This document shows, piece after piece, positions 31,042-40,702 of a DNA stretch of 64,000 nucleotides. The stretch is from an uncultured delta proteobacterium (GTDB lineage: Bacteria > Myxococcota_A > Polyangia > Polyangiales > Polyangiaceae), in assembly GCA_963850305.1 (NCBI GenBank), contig CAWKKR010000007.1, positions 32,001 to 96,000 on the forward strand. The letters are read 5' to 3'. The notes under the pieces were generated by a model. It made no database searches. It saw nothing but the letters and a program-made list of their open reading frames with translations, and had not been told where the DNA came from. The position numbers and the translations under genes were made by a program. Numbering within the stretch: the first letter of the stretch is position 1; each line of letters opens with the position of its first letter.

Positions 31042-31107
31042 ATGGCGCGCCCGCGCATGATCGTCGTTGCCGGTCCTCCCGGCAGCGGCAAGTCCACCTA
31101 CTTCCCT
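31042..31107 (+). pseudogene. Truncated zeta-toxin-like P-loop NTPase (N-terminal 22 codons)
   Basis: MARPRMIVVAGPPGSGKSTYFP, then similarity ends at the stop of the opposing gene. Confidence 0.65.
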
Positions 31108-31858
31108 AGACTTTCCGTTTGGCGTAGGCGACTACCTCCCGGTGTACTTCGCCCTTGGTCAGCCACGAGATGGCGAACGCCTCGATCATCAGGGACTCGG
31201 GAACGAAGATCGGGTGATGGTGACCATGAGCGCGGTAGGCCCAGATGAGGCCGCCCACGATCGCGATCGAACAGACCAGGCAGATGTCGTTCCGAACGTT
31301 CTTCTCCGTAGGACGGTTCCTCCGGCTCGGTACGTTCGACTTCCGAAACAGCCAGAAGGAGAAGAGAAAGAAGCAGACGAACAGAACGATCGCCGAGCCG
31401 TAGTGGATGTTGCCCGTCGTCTCAGTCCACCAAGGTAGCTTCGGCACGGGGTCGGGTGGATCCGTCGGGAAGAAGACGACCCCGAGTGCGGCGAGACCCG
31501 CCACGACGCCCACCCCCTCGTCGACGAAGACCCCCTTGTATCCCCTGTACGTCATGAGGAACAGGCTGAGCGCGAAGATGACTCCGACGAAGAGCCCGAC
31601 CGCCCCCGTGTAGTAGTAGGCGCTCACCGAGTCCAAGCGAACACTCGACGGCAAGTGGTCGGTCGGGCACCAGTCCGCGACCCGCGGGAGGAGGAAGGGA
31701 AGGAAGAGGCCCAGGATCCCGATGATGATGCGGTGCAACCGCTGGGACATGTCCTGATGCCCATCCTGGTGCCCCTCCGGCAGGTGCTTGGCGCGTGCTT
31801 CGGGGTGCAGCGACGGGGCCGGCTGGGACGCGACGTCTCGAGTCACGGCGTCGGACAT
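31106..31858 (-). CDS. DUF998-like membrane protein
   Basis: SVSAYYYT, LFLMTYRGY, FPT, IHYGSA, FAISWLTKG. Confidence 0.75.
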   Translation of the reverse strand: MSDAVTRDVASQPAPSLHPEARAKHLPEGHQDGHQDMSQRLHRIIIGILGLFLPFLLPRVADWCPTDHLPSSVRLDSVSAYYYTGAVGLFVGVIFALSLFLMTYRGYKGVFVDEGVGVVAGLAALGVVFFPTDPPDPVPKLPWWTETTGNIHYGSAIVLFVCFFLFSFWLFRKSNVPSRRNRPTEKNVRNDICLVCSIAIVGGLIWAYRAHGHHHPIFVPESLMIEAFAISWLTKGEVHREVVAYAKRKV

Positions 31859-31927
31859 TCACGCCCGTTTCCGGCAGGACGCCTTTGGTGACGGACCGCA
31901 GGTGAGGAACGCGCTACGGTCGACGAG

Positions 31928-32509
31928 ATGGCGCAGCCCAATCCGGTTCAGGACCCGGTCGAGCTCTACCGCCGCTTGCTCGACGACGAAGTCATCCGTG
32001 TCGAGCTCGTGGACGGGGAAGTCGTCATGCACGCCGCGCCCGGCATGTTGCACGGCTTCGGCATGGCGATGCTCGGCACGGAGCTCGTGAACGCTTATTG
32101 CCATGGGAGGGGCGGTCCGGGGGGTTGGTGGATCCTTTACGAAGTCGACGTCGTCATCGAGCCGGGCGTGCAAGCTTATCGCCCCGACATCGTGGGTTGG
32201 CGGAAAGAGTGCGTCCCCGCAATCCCCAAAGAGCAGCCCGTGCCGATCCTTCCGGACTTCGTCTGCGAAGTGCTGTCGCCGTCGAAGCCCTTCTGGGATC
32301 GCGGCCCGAAGAAGCGCGGCTACGAGCGCGCGGGCGTGCCCTGGCTCTGGCTCCTCGACCCGAGCGCGCGGCGGCTCGAAGCGTACCAGCTGGTCGATCG
32401 AGAATACCGCGAGGTCGCGATCGTGAGTGGAGCGACGCCGGCGAGGGTCGAGCCGTTTGCGGAGATCGAGATCGATGTGGCGGAGCTGTTTCCGGTGGAC
32501 GAGGGGTAG
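31928..32509 (+). CDS. Uma2 family (PD-(D/E)XK-like) endonuclease
   Basis: ELVDGEV..P..H, PDIVGWR, PDFVCEVLSPS, K..YERAGVPWLWLLDP. Confidence 0.93.
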   Translation: MAQPNPVQDPVELYRRLLDDEVIRVELVDGEVVMHAAPGMLHGFGMAMLGTELVNAYCHGRGGPGGWWILYEVDVVIEPGVQAYRPDIVGWRKECVPAIPKEQPVPILPDFVCEVLSPSKPFWDRGPKKRGYERAGVPWLWLLDPSARRLEAYQLVDREYREVAIVSGATPARVEPFAEIEIDVAELFPVDEG

Positions 32510-32521
32510 GGGCGGCATCGC
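32377..32521 (+). repeat. 145-bp direct repeat, copy 1 (3' end of Uma2 gene)
   Basis: 143/145 identical to 33887-34031. Confidence 0.95.
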
Positions 32522-32689
32522 TCCTCGCACGCGACGAGACAAGCCGCAGACGACGAGGTCAGTCATGGCGCCCGGTCTGGCGTGCGAGCTTCGGGAGGCA
32601 GCCCTGCAAGGTTTCTCCGAGTAGCGCGTTGGCGCATACCATAGGGCAATTGGCACGCGCGTAAGGCGCAAGTTTCGAACGGTCGGCTC

Positions 32690-33621
32690 GTGTTTGACGA
32701 GCTCACGGACTTGCCGGAGGGAGCGGCCCGGGCCGGTGAAGCGATGCCGCAGCTGCTCGACGCCGTCGGAGCCGGCGAGCCGCCCGACGCCGCCGACGAC
32801 GCAAGCACGCGCGCGTCGGGCGCCAGGGGAGCCCTGGTAGACGCGCTCTGCTTCGGTCGCGTCCGGTACGACGAGTACGGTGTCGATCCGGACGATGTCG
32901 CGCACGGGGAGCAACGCCGTGCGCGGGCGCGGGCCGCGCTGCTCCGGGCCCTCGCGAGAGGCAAGCGTCGTCACGCCGCCGCAGCACGCTTCCGGCGCTC
33001 GAAGCGACCGCGCAACGTCTCGATGCTTCGTGCTCCCGGCCCTTCTCGTTTCGTCCCCTCGTTCGAGCGGTCGCGTCGATGGGCGCCGCCGACCCGCAGG
33101 CGGCCGTCCGAGTCCTGGTGTCGCTGAAGCGCTGCCCGGGCGGGCTCGGCGAGCTCATGCCCGTCCTCTTTCGACTCGGGTCCCCGGGGATCGACGCGCT
33201 CCTCGCGTGGCTCCGGAGCGACGATCCGCCGGCGTGCGAGCGCGTCGACATCGCGACGTGGCTCCAAGCGAGTCACCTTCCGCTGTCGCCCGCCGACGCA
33301 GAGCTCTCTCGCTACCTCGTGACGTCTCATTGCCTGTCCCTGCCCGGAAGCGGGCAAGGAGCGCCGCCGGAGACTCGAACACTTGCGCCCACGGACTCCG
33401 TCTCCGACGCTACCAGGAGCCTGCTCGCGTGCCGGGCGGAAGGCCACTTGCCGCCGATGCGGATGCCGACAATCGACGCGAGCGCCGCCCGCGTATTCGC
33501 GGCGTGTCTGACTGAGTTCGCGTGCGGTCCATCGCGAGCCTCCTATGACCACACCTTGCGCCGGTGTTGTACCGGGGCGTTCGGCGCGCACCCGCCCGAG
33601 TTCTGCAAGCCCAAGCCGTAG
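32690..33621 (+). pseudogene. Hypothetical gene or fragments between the Uma2 repeats
   Basis: Two overlapping, partly protein-like ORFs (32690-33127, 33079-33621); no recognisable family. Confidence 0.35.
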
Positions 33622-33886
33622 GGACACGTTTCTTCGCGGGCGCGACGTGCGGCGCCGCTATCCGGCCGGACTTTCGGCGTAACTCGTGGTGCCGGGTTTG
33701 GCGCCGACACCGAACGGCGTGCACGACGTACGCACCCGATAAAAGCCAAAGGCCATCGTCATTCACGCAGAAACTCCGAGTATCCGCTCCCCTCGGTTCG
33801 GTGAAGGTCACGCTGTTGCCTCCAGGCTCGTTCGCGGTTCGGGCGCTATGTCGCCACCCGGCACGGCCTTTGGCTTCCTTGGCCGC

Positions 33887-34031
33887 CGAAGCGTACCAGC
33901 TGGTCGATCGAGAATACCGCGAGGTCGCGATCGTGAGTGGAGCGACGCCGGCGAGGGTCGAGCCGTTTGCGGAGATCGAGATCGATGTGGCGGAGCTGTT
34001 TCCGGTCGACGAAGGGTAGGGGCGGCATCGC
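33887..34031 (+). repeat. 145-bp direct repeat, copy 2 (orphan Uma2 C-terminus)
   Basis: Encodes EAYQLVDREY...FPVDEG* without the 5' part of the gene. Confidence 0.95.
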
Positions 34032-34083
34032 GTCCGTCGGCGTCGATAGGCGCATCACGCGGCTCGAGGGCGCGTCCGTCGGC

Positions 34084-34478
34084 ATCGAGGAGCACGTCTC
34101 GAGCGTCGAGAGGCACGTCTCGAGCGTCGAGGAGCACGTCTCGAGCGTCGAGAGAGCGCGTCTCGAGCGTCGAGGAGCACGTCTCGAGCATCGAGGAGCA
34201 CGTCTCGAGCATCGAGGAGCACGTCTCGAGCGTCGAGGAGCACGTCTCGAGCGTCGAGGAGCACGTCTCGAGCGTCGAGGAGCACGTCTCGAGCGTCGAG
34301 AGGCGCGTCTCGAGCGTCGAGGAGCACGTCTCGAGCGTCGAGGAGCACGTCTCGAGCGTCGAGGAGCACGTCTCGAGCGTCGAGGAGCACGTCTCGAGCG
34401 TCGAGGAGCACGTCTCGAGCGTCGAGGAGCACGTCTCGAGCGTCGAGGAGCACGTCTCGAGCGTCGAGAGGCAGGTCT
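34084..34478. repeat. 21-bp tandem array, about 18.5 units of GTCGAGGAGCACGTCTCGAGC
   Basis: Directly visible; one 22-bp unit; no spacers. Confidence 0.97.
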
Positions 34479-34834
34479 AGTGCACCGTCGTCGAGATGCG
34501 ATCAAGCATTCTGCGGTGTGACCGGCACCGGGGCGCTCGAAGGTACGCCGAGCCGGCATCGACGAGGTGGTTCCCATCACGCCGGATCAGTTCCGGCGAT
34601 TCGCGCATCGAAGGTCGCACTCGACGCGGCGCTCGGCTGGGGCGACCGCCGTTCGTCTGCGTGCTGACGATACAGGGACGCTGGACTCCATGGTCTGCAA
34701 CGTGGGCGTCTACTGTTAGCCCAAGCGCCTCCGAGCGCCTGGCAGGTCTTGCGTGTGGTAGTTTCGACGGACGTCGGGGGAAGATCGGTGGACACACGAC
34801 CAATTCGGCGCGCCCTCGAGTGGCGCTGGGTTCG

Positions 34835-35119
34835 GCGCTTGCGCGGCTCTGATTGGGTGTGGCACCCCGTCGTCGAGCGCCAAGCCCGCGGGGAGCGACG
34901 GCGCGCCCTGCTATCCCAACGGCACGTGCAACTCGGGTCTCATGTGCGCCAGCAACGTTTGCGGGAGCGCCGCGACGGGAGCCGCCGGGAACGGATCAGG
35001 ACCCAGGTCGGACGGCGGGAGCGCCACGGGCCAGGACGGCGCGCCCTGCACGATCCATGGAAGCAGCTGTAGCGCCGATTGCGAGGGGAGCTGCGGCGCG
35101 GACCCGAGCTGCATCGTTC
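34835..35119 (+). pseudogene. Cys-rich lipoprotein fragment
   Basis: GACAALIGCG..CYPNGTCNSGLMCASNVC..; no clean start; cut by the opposing gene. Confidence 0.55.
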
Positions 35120-35512
35120 TCACCCCCGCCGCTTCCTCGCTATTCGCTTCGCCTCACGCTCGGTCGGCGCCCACGTTGGAGTCTTCGTCGACTCGGCCTG
35201 AACGTGCGCCAGGGTGGCGGCGAACACCGGCGCAAGGTTCATTTCGTCGCCAATGAGTGCGCCGAGCTTCGTCATCGCATCGTCGGCGTGGCTCCACGCC
35301 GCAGAGTGGCCGATCGTGCCGGGATCCGCGCGAGTCGCGAGATCGATCGCGGTCTTCAGTTTCTCGCCGATCTGCTTCAAGTCCTCGAGCGCGAGCGGAT
35401 TGCCCGCGCCTGCTTGCTCCGCTCGGTAGAGCGCGCGCGTGATGCCGAGCAGGTCACGTGCGGCACCGACGGGGAAACGTGCGTTGCGGAAGCGGGCGGC
35501 GAGGACGGTCAC
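35120..35512 (-). CDS. Hypothetical helical protein (130 aa), paralog of 1386-1781
   Basis: RFPVGAARDLLGITRALYRAE..LKQIGEKLKTAIDLA..DPGT aligns by eye to 1386-1781. Confidence 0.8.
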   Translation of the reverse strand: MTVLAARFRNARFPVGAARDLLGITRALYRAEQAGAGNPLALEDLKQIGEKLKTAIDLATRADPGTIGHSAAWSHADDAMTKLGALIGDEMNLAPVFAATLAHVQAESTKTPTWAPTEREAKRIARKRRG

Positions 35513-35684
35513 GGGGCCGCTGAAGCTAGCCGATCCAGCTCGGGGCGTCGCCGGTACTCCGGCGCCGAGAACCTCAAGGCGACGTGGACCCGCTGTTCGA
35601 CGGCGGCATCCTCGAACGGGTCATCGCGCAGGATCGACGTGCCTTTCTCGAACTCTTGCGCGAAACGCGATACTCTCCCCGATC

Positions 35685-36638
35685 ATGAAGCTCGACGATC
35701 TGGCGAGGCACCTCTCGAATCGCGAGCACATCGGACTGACGGAGGAGGTCGCGAAGAAGCTCGGCATCACGACCGAAGAAGCGACGCGGGGTCGCCTGAT
35801 GGCCCTTGCGGACATGGACCGGTCGTACTTCGGCGTGTACCTGCTCGCAGCCTACGTCGTGAACGACACCGATTTCTGGGGCGATGGGGAGGTCTACTGG
35901 TGGTCGGTGCCGACGCTCCTCGATGCGGAAGGCAAGGTCCAGAAGGACTGGCTCTACGGGCTCCCGAACGGCGGCCCGCCGCACAAGGTCGGCTCCCTCG
36001 AGTGGATGACGAACCTGTCGCTGAAGGACATGCCGCTCCTCGCGGTGATCCCGCCGGAAGAGCGCATCGCGGCGTGCACGGTCCGCCTCGCGTTCTACGA
36101 CGATGACGGCAAGCCGGCGAACCTCGCGGCCTCGATGACCGCGGGCCTCGATGCGTTTGCGAGCGTGTCGTCCGAGCCACTCTCGTCGGCCGACCAGATC
36201 ATCACGCCGGTGCGGCAGGCCATCTTTGCCGGACTCAAGGCGGAAGAAGACGACATCCTGGTCGATCAGGACGTGACGATCCGGCGCGGCAACGTCATCC
36301 CGTTCAGCTCGGGGATGATCGGCGCGGTGATGACGTCCAACATCCGCGTCTATTATCTCGTGAAGGACGAAGACCGCACCGAGACGTTCGGACCGGTGAC
36401 GTTGCACAAGGGCCAATCGGAGACCGTGCGCTTCCCGAGCACGCTCCGCAGCGGCGGCCGGCTCAGCCTGTTCGGCAGAGGTGAGAACGTCACCTGCTCG
36501 GCCTTCGGCGAGCTGAACGTCGACACACCATTCGTGAACCGGGTCGTGGATTCCGCGCACGAGTCCGCGCTCACCGACGGATTCACGCTGACCGGGACCG
36601 GCCCGGCAAAGTTCGTCGCATTCTACACGCCGCCGTGA
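35685..36638 (+). CDS. Conserved-looking hypothetical protein (317 aa)
   Basis: GC3-biased codons; NDTDFWGDGEVYWW motif, FYDDD. Confidence 0.75.
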   Translation: MKLDDLARHLSNREHIGLTEEVAKKLGITTEEATRGRLMALADMDRSYFGVYLLAAYVVNDTDFWGDGEVYWWSVPTLLDAEGKVQKDWLYGLPNGGPPHKVGSLEWMTNLSLKDMPLLAVIPPEERIAACTVRLAFYDDDGKPANLAASMTAGLDAFASVSSEPLSSADQIITPVRQAIFAGLKAEEDDILVDQDVTIRRGNVIPFSSGMIGAVMTSNIRVYYLVKDEDRTETFGPVTLHKGQSETVRFPSTLRSGGRLSLFGRGENVTCSAFGELNVDTPFVNRVVDSAHESALTDGFTLTGTGPAKFVAFYTPP

Positions 36639-36639
36639 A

Positions 36640-36890
36640 TGCGACAGGGTGGCGTTCACGGCGACGCCTGCCGTAAAGGAGTTCGCGGAGCTCGCGACGA
36701 GTGTGGTCGGCGAACCGCCTTCGAGCGGCATCTGCATCAACGCACCGTCGAACGTCGTGAAATAAAGGGAGGCGCGGTCCACCGCGATCCCGAGCGGTCG
36801 AAGGGTCGTCGTGAGGAGCGTCGTCACCGGGCCGCCTCCGAGCGGCATCTTCAGGATCGTACCTCCGACGTAGGTGCTCCAGTAAAGCGG
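36640..36890 (-). pseudogene. Beta-propeller (DUF5050-like) gene fragment
   Basis: LYWSTYVGGTILKMPLGGGPVTTL..GIAVDRASLYFT..MPLEGGSPTTL; same repeat style as 52242-53549. Confidence 0.65.
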
Positions 36891-36900
36891 AGGGAGCTTC

Positions 36901-37490
36901 TTCGTCTACGAGCTTCCCTACAAAGGGAGGTCGCTGGTCATGGACTTCCTCGTCCCGAGCGGCGCGCTGTCGGCCTTCGAGGCGGGCCTCACGGATACCT
37001 CGTTGACCGGCGCGCTGGCCTCGGTAGGCTCGGCATCGCAAGTGATTCTCCTGCTGCCCAAGTTCTCCTTCACGAATCGCCTGGCGCTCGTTCCCGTGCT
37101 CACCGCCATGGGCATGCCCGACGTCTTCGACCCGACCAAGGCCGACCTCTCCGGGATGGACGGCGCGAGCGACCTGTTCGTAAACGCAGTCGTGCAGGAG
37201 GCGCTGGTGCAGGTGGACGAGCACGGAACCGTCGCTGCTGCCGCGACTGCGTAGCGGGAACGCAGTCGGCTGGCTCAAGCGAACCCGAGATAGTAACAAT
37301 CGACCACCCGTTCCTGTTCCTCATCCGTGACACGAAGAACGGCAGCATCCTCTTCATGGGCCGAGTGGAGGACCCGCGTCAGAGCTCGCCGACAGGGGGC
37401 GAGCCGACTCCCGGCGTAACGACCGATGCCGGGAGGGCATCTGATGGAGGCGGGGACGCCTCGACAGTCTCAACCCCTGCCAGGAACTAG
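36901..37490 (+). pseudogene. Serpin C-terminal half, 5'-truncated and frameshifted
   Basis: ELPYKG, LPKF, ADLSGM, VDEHGTVAAAATA, then shifted frame IDHPFLFLIRD..GSILFMGRVEDP. Confidence 0.85.
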
Positions 37491-37496
37491 CAGCTA

Positions 37497-37634
37497 GCGA
37501 GCGCTACCTCCCGGGTCATCCGAGGCGGGGGATTCGAAGTCGTGGCATCGCAGGTGCTCTCGGCTAGCCGCAGCTTCACCAGCCCGGCGGGTGAGTCCGG
37601 CGTAGGCGTTCGATGCGCAAGGCCCCCGGAGTGA
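37497..37634 (+). pseudogene. C-terminal fragment of an FGE-sulfatase/C-lectin domain
   Basis: RVIRGGGF...SASR...GVGVRCARPPE*. Confidence 0.7.
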
Positions 37635-37681
37635 GTTGTCCTCACCGAAACCACTTCGACACGGTCACGCCGCTCCGAGCG

Positions 37682-39622
37682 TCATCCGTCCGAGCCGCAG
37701 CTCGTCGTGTTCGCGTCGAGTGGACACGGGTCGCACGCGTCCCCGACGCCATCGCCGTCGGCATCGGCTTGCACACCGTCGTCGAGCGGCCGCACGGGGT
37801 TGAAGACGAGCGGGCAATCGTCTCGATTGTCGGGGATGTTGTCGCCATCGGCGTCGGTGCTCGTGGCGGTTCCCGCGTACACGGTCGACCCGTTCACGGA
37901 AACGGAGCGCATCGGCGTGCAGGTCGGCTCGTTCGGAGGCGCGCCGCACGCGAAGAGCGGGTAAGCGCCGTTGCCGACGGCGGTCTCGAGTGCGGCGAGG
38001 TTCTCGCCGATCTCCGTCGATAGGCACACCGCTTTCGTGTTTCCGCACACGGCAAGCGCATCGCAGCCCGTGGCATCCGGGATCGCTCCGACGATGCTCG
38101 CGTCGCCGTAGAGGACCTTGCCGCTCCGGAGCACCAGTTCGACATCCTTCGGCTCCGCGCTGACGACGGCATCGAAGGCGTCGCGCGCCGAGCCGTCGAA
38201 GATGGCGACGTCCCCGAGCATTCCCGGTGCGAGCGTGCCGAGCACCGTACCGATTCCGGCGACGCCGGCTGCATTGGCCGTCACCATCATCCACAGGTCG
38301 CGATCCGTGAATGCGCCGTCGAGATAGCTTTGGTCGAAGGAAGCGGCGCAGGCGAGCTCCCGCAGCAGGTTCATGGATCCGGATGGGATCCAGTCCGAGC
38401 CGAGCGCGATCCGCACGCCGAGCCGCGCCGCGGCGGTCACCGTGGCGGTGTTCCCGTAGAGCGACAGGTTCGAACGGGGCGACCAGACCAGCGACGTGCC
38501 GGCGCGGGCCATCGCGGCATAGTCGCGCGCCGTGAGCCCGACGGCCTGGACGAACGCGCTCTTCGCGACGAGCACGTCGTGTCCGGGATCCCCCGCGCCG
38601 AGACAGTTGAACTCGTTCTCGGCAAAGGCGTCGATGCCTTCCGCGACGTGTGGCAGATAAGCGTCGTCCGCGTCGAGCGACGCCTCAGCGACGACGTTTG
38701 GATAGCCGCAGCCCGTCGCGAGCTGCGTTCCGTCGGTGTCCCCGAGAGGGAACGTGGCCGAGACGATGGTCTCCGTCACGTCCTGTTCGAGAGCCGTCGA
38801 GTCCAGGTTTCGGAGTAGTCCTGGCACTCCCCCGGAGCTCACCGTCGACGTCGCGCCGCCCAGCACGAACCGCAGCTCGCCCCAGGAGACCTGGTCCGTG
38901 GAGGCCCTGCCGGGGGCCACGAGCTTCGTGTGTCCGCTGTCGCCCTCGCGCCAGTCCTGGCGCTGTTCGTAGCGTTCGCCCGTGTCGACGAACGGTTGGT
39001 TCTGCGAGTACCCGAGGTGATCGTGCGTGTTGATCAGCGCAGGGGAGATGACCCCGCTCGGACACGTGACGGTCGTCGCAGTCTTGGCAATCGCCGCGCA
39101 CGCGGAGCCGGATGCGCATGCCGAAGCGCAGCCGACCTGCGCGATCTTGCCCGCGGCGTCCAGGACGACCTGGCCGCCGCGATAGACGGCGGTCGGCGTC
39201 AATACGGTTCCCGTGAGGACACGACCCAGGTCACCGGGCGTCGTCACGCAAGGTCCCCGTTCGAGCGTCGCGCAGAGGACTTCGGAAAGGCCGGAACCGC
39301 GGTTCGCGGCGTCGGGCACGTTTCCGTCGCGGCTGGCGTCCCTGTTCGCCACCGCCGCGTCGTGTCGGCCGCCGTCGTGTGCCCGTTCGCCCGCGTCGCG
39401 CGGCGGGCCGAGGTGGGCTCCGTCCGGTGCGCCGTCGATCGCCCCGCGCGGTCCGCCGTCGGAGCAGTGCGTGCACACCGCCGCGTCACGATCGGAGTTT
39501 CCGCCCGAGCCGGCGGGTGAACCGCTGTCCCCGCGATCGTCGCGGCTCGCTCGCCTGCTGCAAGATAGGGCGAGGCCGAGCGCGGTGAACCCGAGCAGCG
39601 AGCGCGCGCGCCCGGCGTTCAC
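37682..39622 (-). CDS. Amidohydrolase-family lipoprotein with C-terminal TSP3 repeats
   Basis: Lipobox ALSC; LINTHDH, HVAEG, WSPRSN, ALGSDW; DADGDNIPD..DDCP, DGDGVGDACD. Confidence 0.88.
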   Translation of the reverse strand: MNAGRARSLLGFTALGLALSCSRRASRDDRGDSGSPAGSGGNSDRDAAVCTHCSDGGPRGAIDGAPDGAHLGPPRDAGERAHDGGRHDAAVANRDASRDGNVPDAANRGSGLSEVLCATLERGPCVTTPGDLGRVLTGTVLTPTAVYRGGQVVLDAAGKIAQVGCASACASGSACAAIAKTATTVTCPSGVISPALINTHDHLGYSQNQPFVDTGERYEQRQDWREGDSGHTKLVAPGRASTDQVSWGELRFVLGGATSTVSSGGVPGLLRNLDSTALEQDVTETIVSATFPLGDTDGTQLATGCGYPNVVAEASLDADDAYLPHVAEGIDAFAENEFNCLGAGDPGHDVLVAKSAFVQAVGLTARDYAAMARAGTSLVWSPRSNLSLYGNTATVTAAARLGVRIALGSDWIPSGSMNLLRELACAASFDQSYLDGAFTDRDLWMMVTANAAGVAGIGTVLGTLAPGMLGDVAIFDGSARDAFDAVVSAEPKDVELVLRSGKVLYGDASIVGAIPDATGCDALAVCGNTKAVCLSTEIGENLAALETAVGNGAYPLFACGAPPNEPTCTPMRSVSVNGSTVYAGTATSTDADGDNIPDNRDDCPLVFNPVRPLDDGVQADADGDGVGDACDPCPLDANTTSCGSDG

Positions 39623-40596
39623 GCTCCGACCGTGAGGATCGCCTTGCCCACGACCTTGCGATCGATGATCGCGCGCAGCGCCTCTGCGGCCTTCGCGAGC
39701 GGAAAGCGATGCGAGATGAGCGGCTTGAGCTTACCTTCCTCGTAATAGCGGAAGATCTCGGCGAAGTTTCGTCGATTGACGTCGGGCTCACGCGCGGCAA
39801 AGGCGCCCCAGAACACGCCGACGACGGCGCACCCCTTCAGCAAGATGAGATTCGCCCTGGCCTGCGGGATCGAACCCCCTGCGAAGCCCACTACCAGGAG
39901 TCGTCCGTCCCAGTTCATGCATCGGAGCGATTGCTCGAACAGATCGCCCCCCACCGCGTCGTAGATGACGTCGGCGCCCTCGCCGAGTTTCTTGACCTCG
40001 TCCTTCAGCGAGGCCGTCCGGTAATTCACGACGTGGTCGGCGTGGTACGCGTCGCGCACCACGGCGAGCTTTTCGTCGTCGCCGCCCGCCGCGATCACCT
40101 TCGCGCCGAGGAGCTTCCCGAGCTCGACCGCCGCCGAGCCGACGCCGCCCGTCGCTCCGAGGACGAGCAGCGTCTCGCCCGGTGCCAGGCGTCCGCGCTG
40201 AACCAGCGCGTGGTAGCTCGTCCCGTACGTCATGCTGATGGCCGCGCCGTCGTCGTAGGTCATCTTCGCCGGCATCTGGAGGCAGCGCTCGGCGCCGATG
40301 ACGACCTCCTCGCGAAAGCCATTCCAGCCCGTCATGCCGATGACGCGATCGCCCGGGCGAAAGTCGCTCACCCCGGCGCCCACTTCGAGCACGTCCCCGG
40401 CCACCTCCGCGCCCGGTGAGAACGGCGGCGGAGGCTTGAACTGGTACTCGCCCTTGATGATGAGCACGTCCGGAAAATTCACGCCCGCTGCGCGCACGCG
40501 AATTCGAACCTGTCCCGATGCTGGTGCCTCCGAGGGCACGTCCTCGAGCACGAGGTTCTCGGGGGGTCCGTATTCCTTGCAGAGAATGGCCTTCAT
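39619..40596 (-). CDS. NADPH:quinone oxidoreductase (zeta-crystallin family)
   Basis: AGVNFPD, PGAEVAG, GATGGVG, YDAVGG, GFAGG. Confidence 0.93.
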   Translation of the reverse strand: MKAILCKEYGPPENLVLEDVPSEAPASGQVRIRVRAAGVNFPDVLIIKGEYQFKPPPPFSPGAEVAGDVLEVGAGVSDFRPGDRVIGMTGWNGFREEVVIGAERCLQMPAKMTYDDGAAISMTYGTSYHALVQRGRLAPGETLLVLGATGGVGSAAVELGKLLGAKVIAAGGDDEKLAVVRDAYHADHVVNYRTASLKDEVKKLGEGADVIYDAVGGDLFEQSLRCMNWDGRLLVVGFAGGSIPQARANLILLKGCAVVGVFWGAFAAREPDVNRRNFAEIFRYYEEGKLKPLISHRFPLAKAAEALRAIIDRKVVGKAILTVGA

Positions 40597-40702
40597 CGCG
40601 TGGTCCTCCGCGCGCGAGCTTTGCGGAGCTTCGACGCCGCCGTCAATCTGCACGCGGACCCGTTGCTTGCGAGCCCGGGAATCGCGCTAGGCTGGGCGGC
40701 TC

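Noticed and set aside
34084..34478. CRISPR array
   Set aside because: Units are contiguous with no unique spacers, and no cas genes are in the window.
34480..34800. Transposase fragment (DGNHL) on the minus strand
   Set aside because: A single short motif with no other DDE features or terminal repeats.
32377..37634. Diversity-generating retroelement (repeat pair plus C-lectin/FGE tail)
   Set aside because: No reverse transcriptase; the repeat differences are not adenine-specific; no template repeat for the FGE tails was found.
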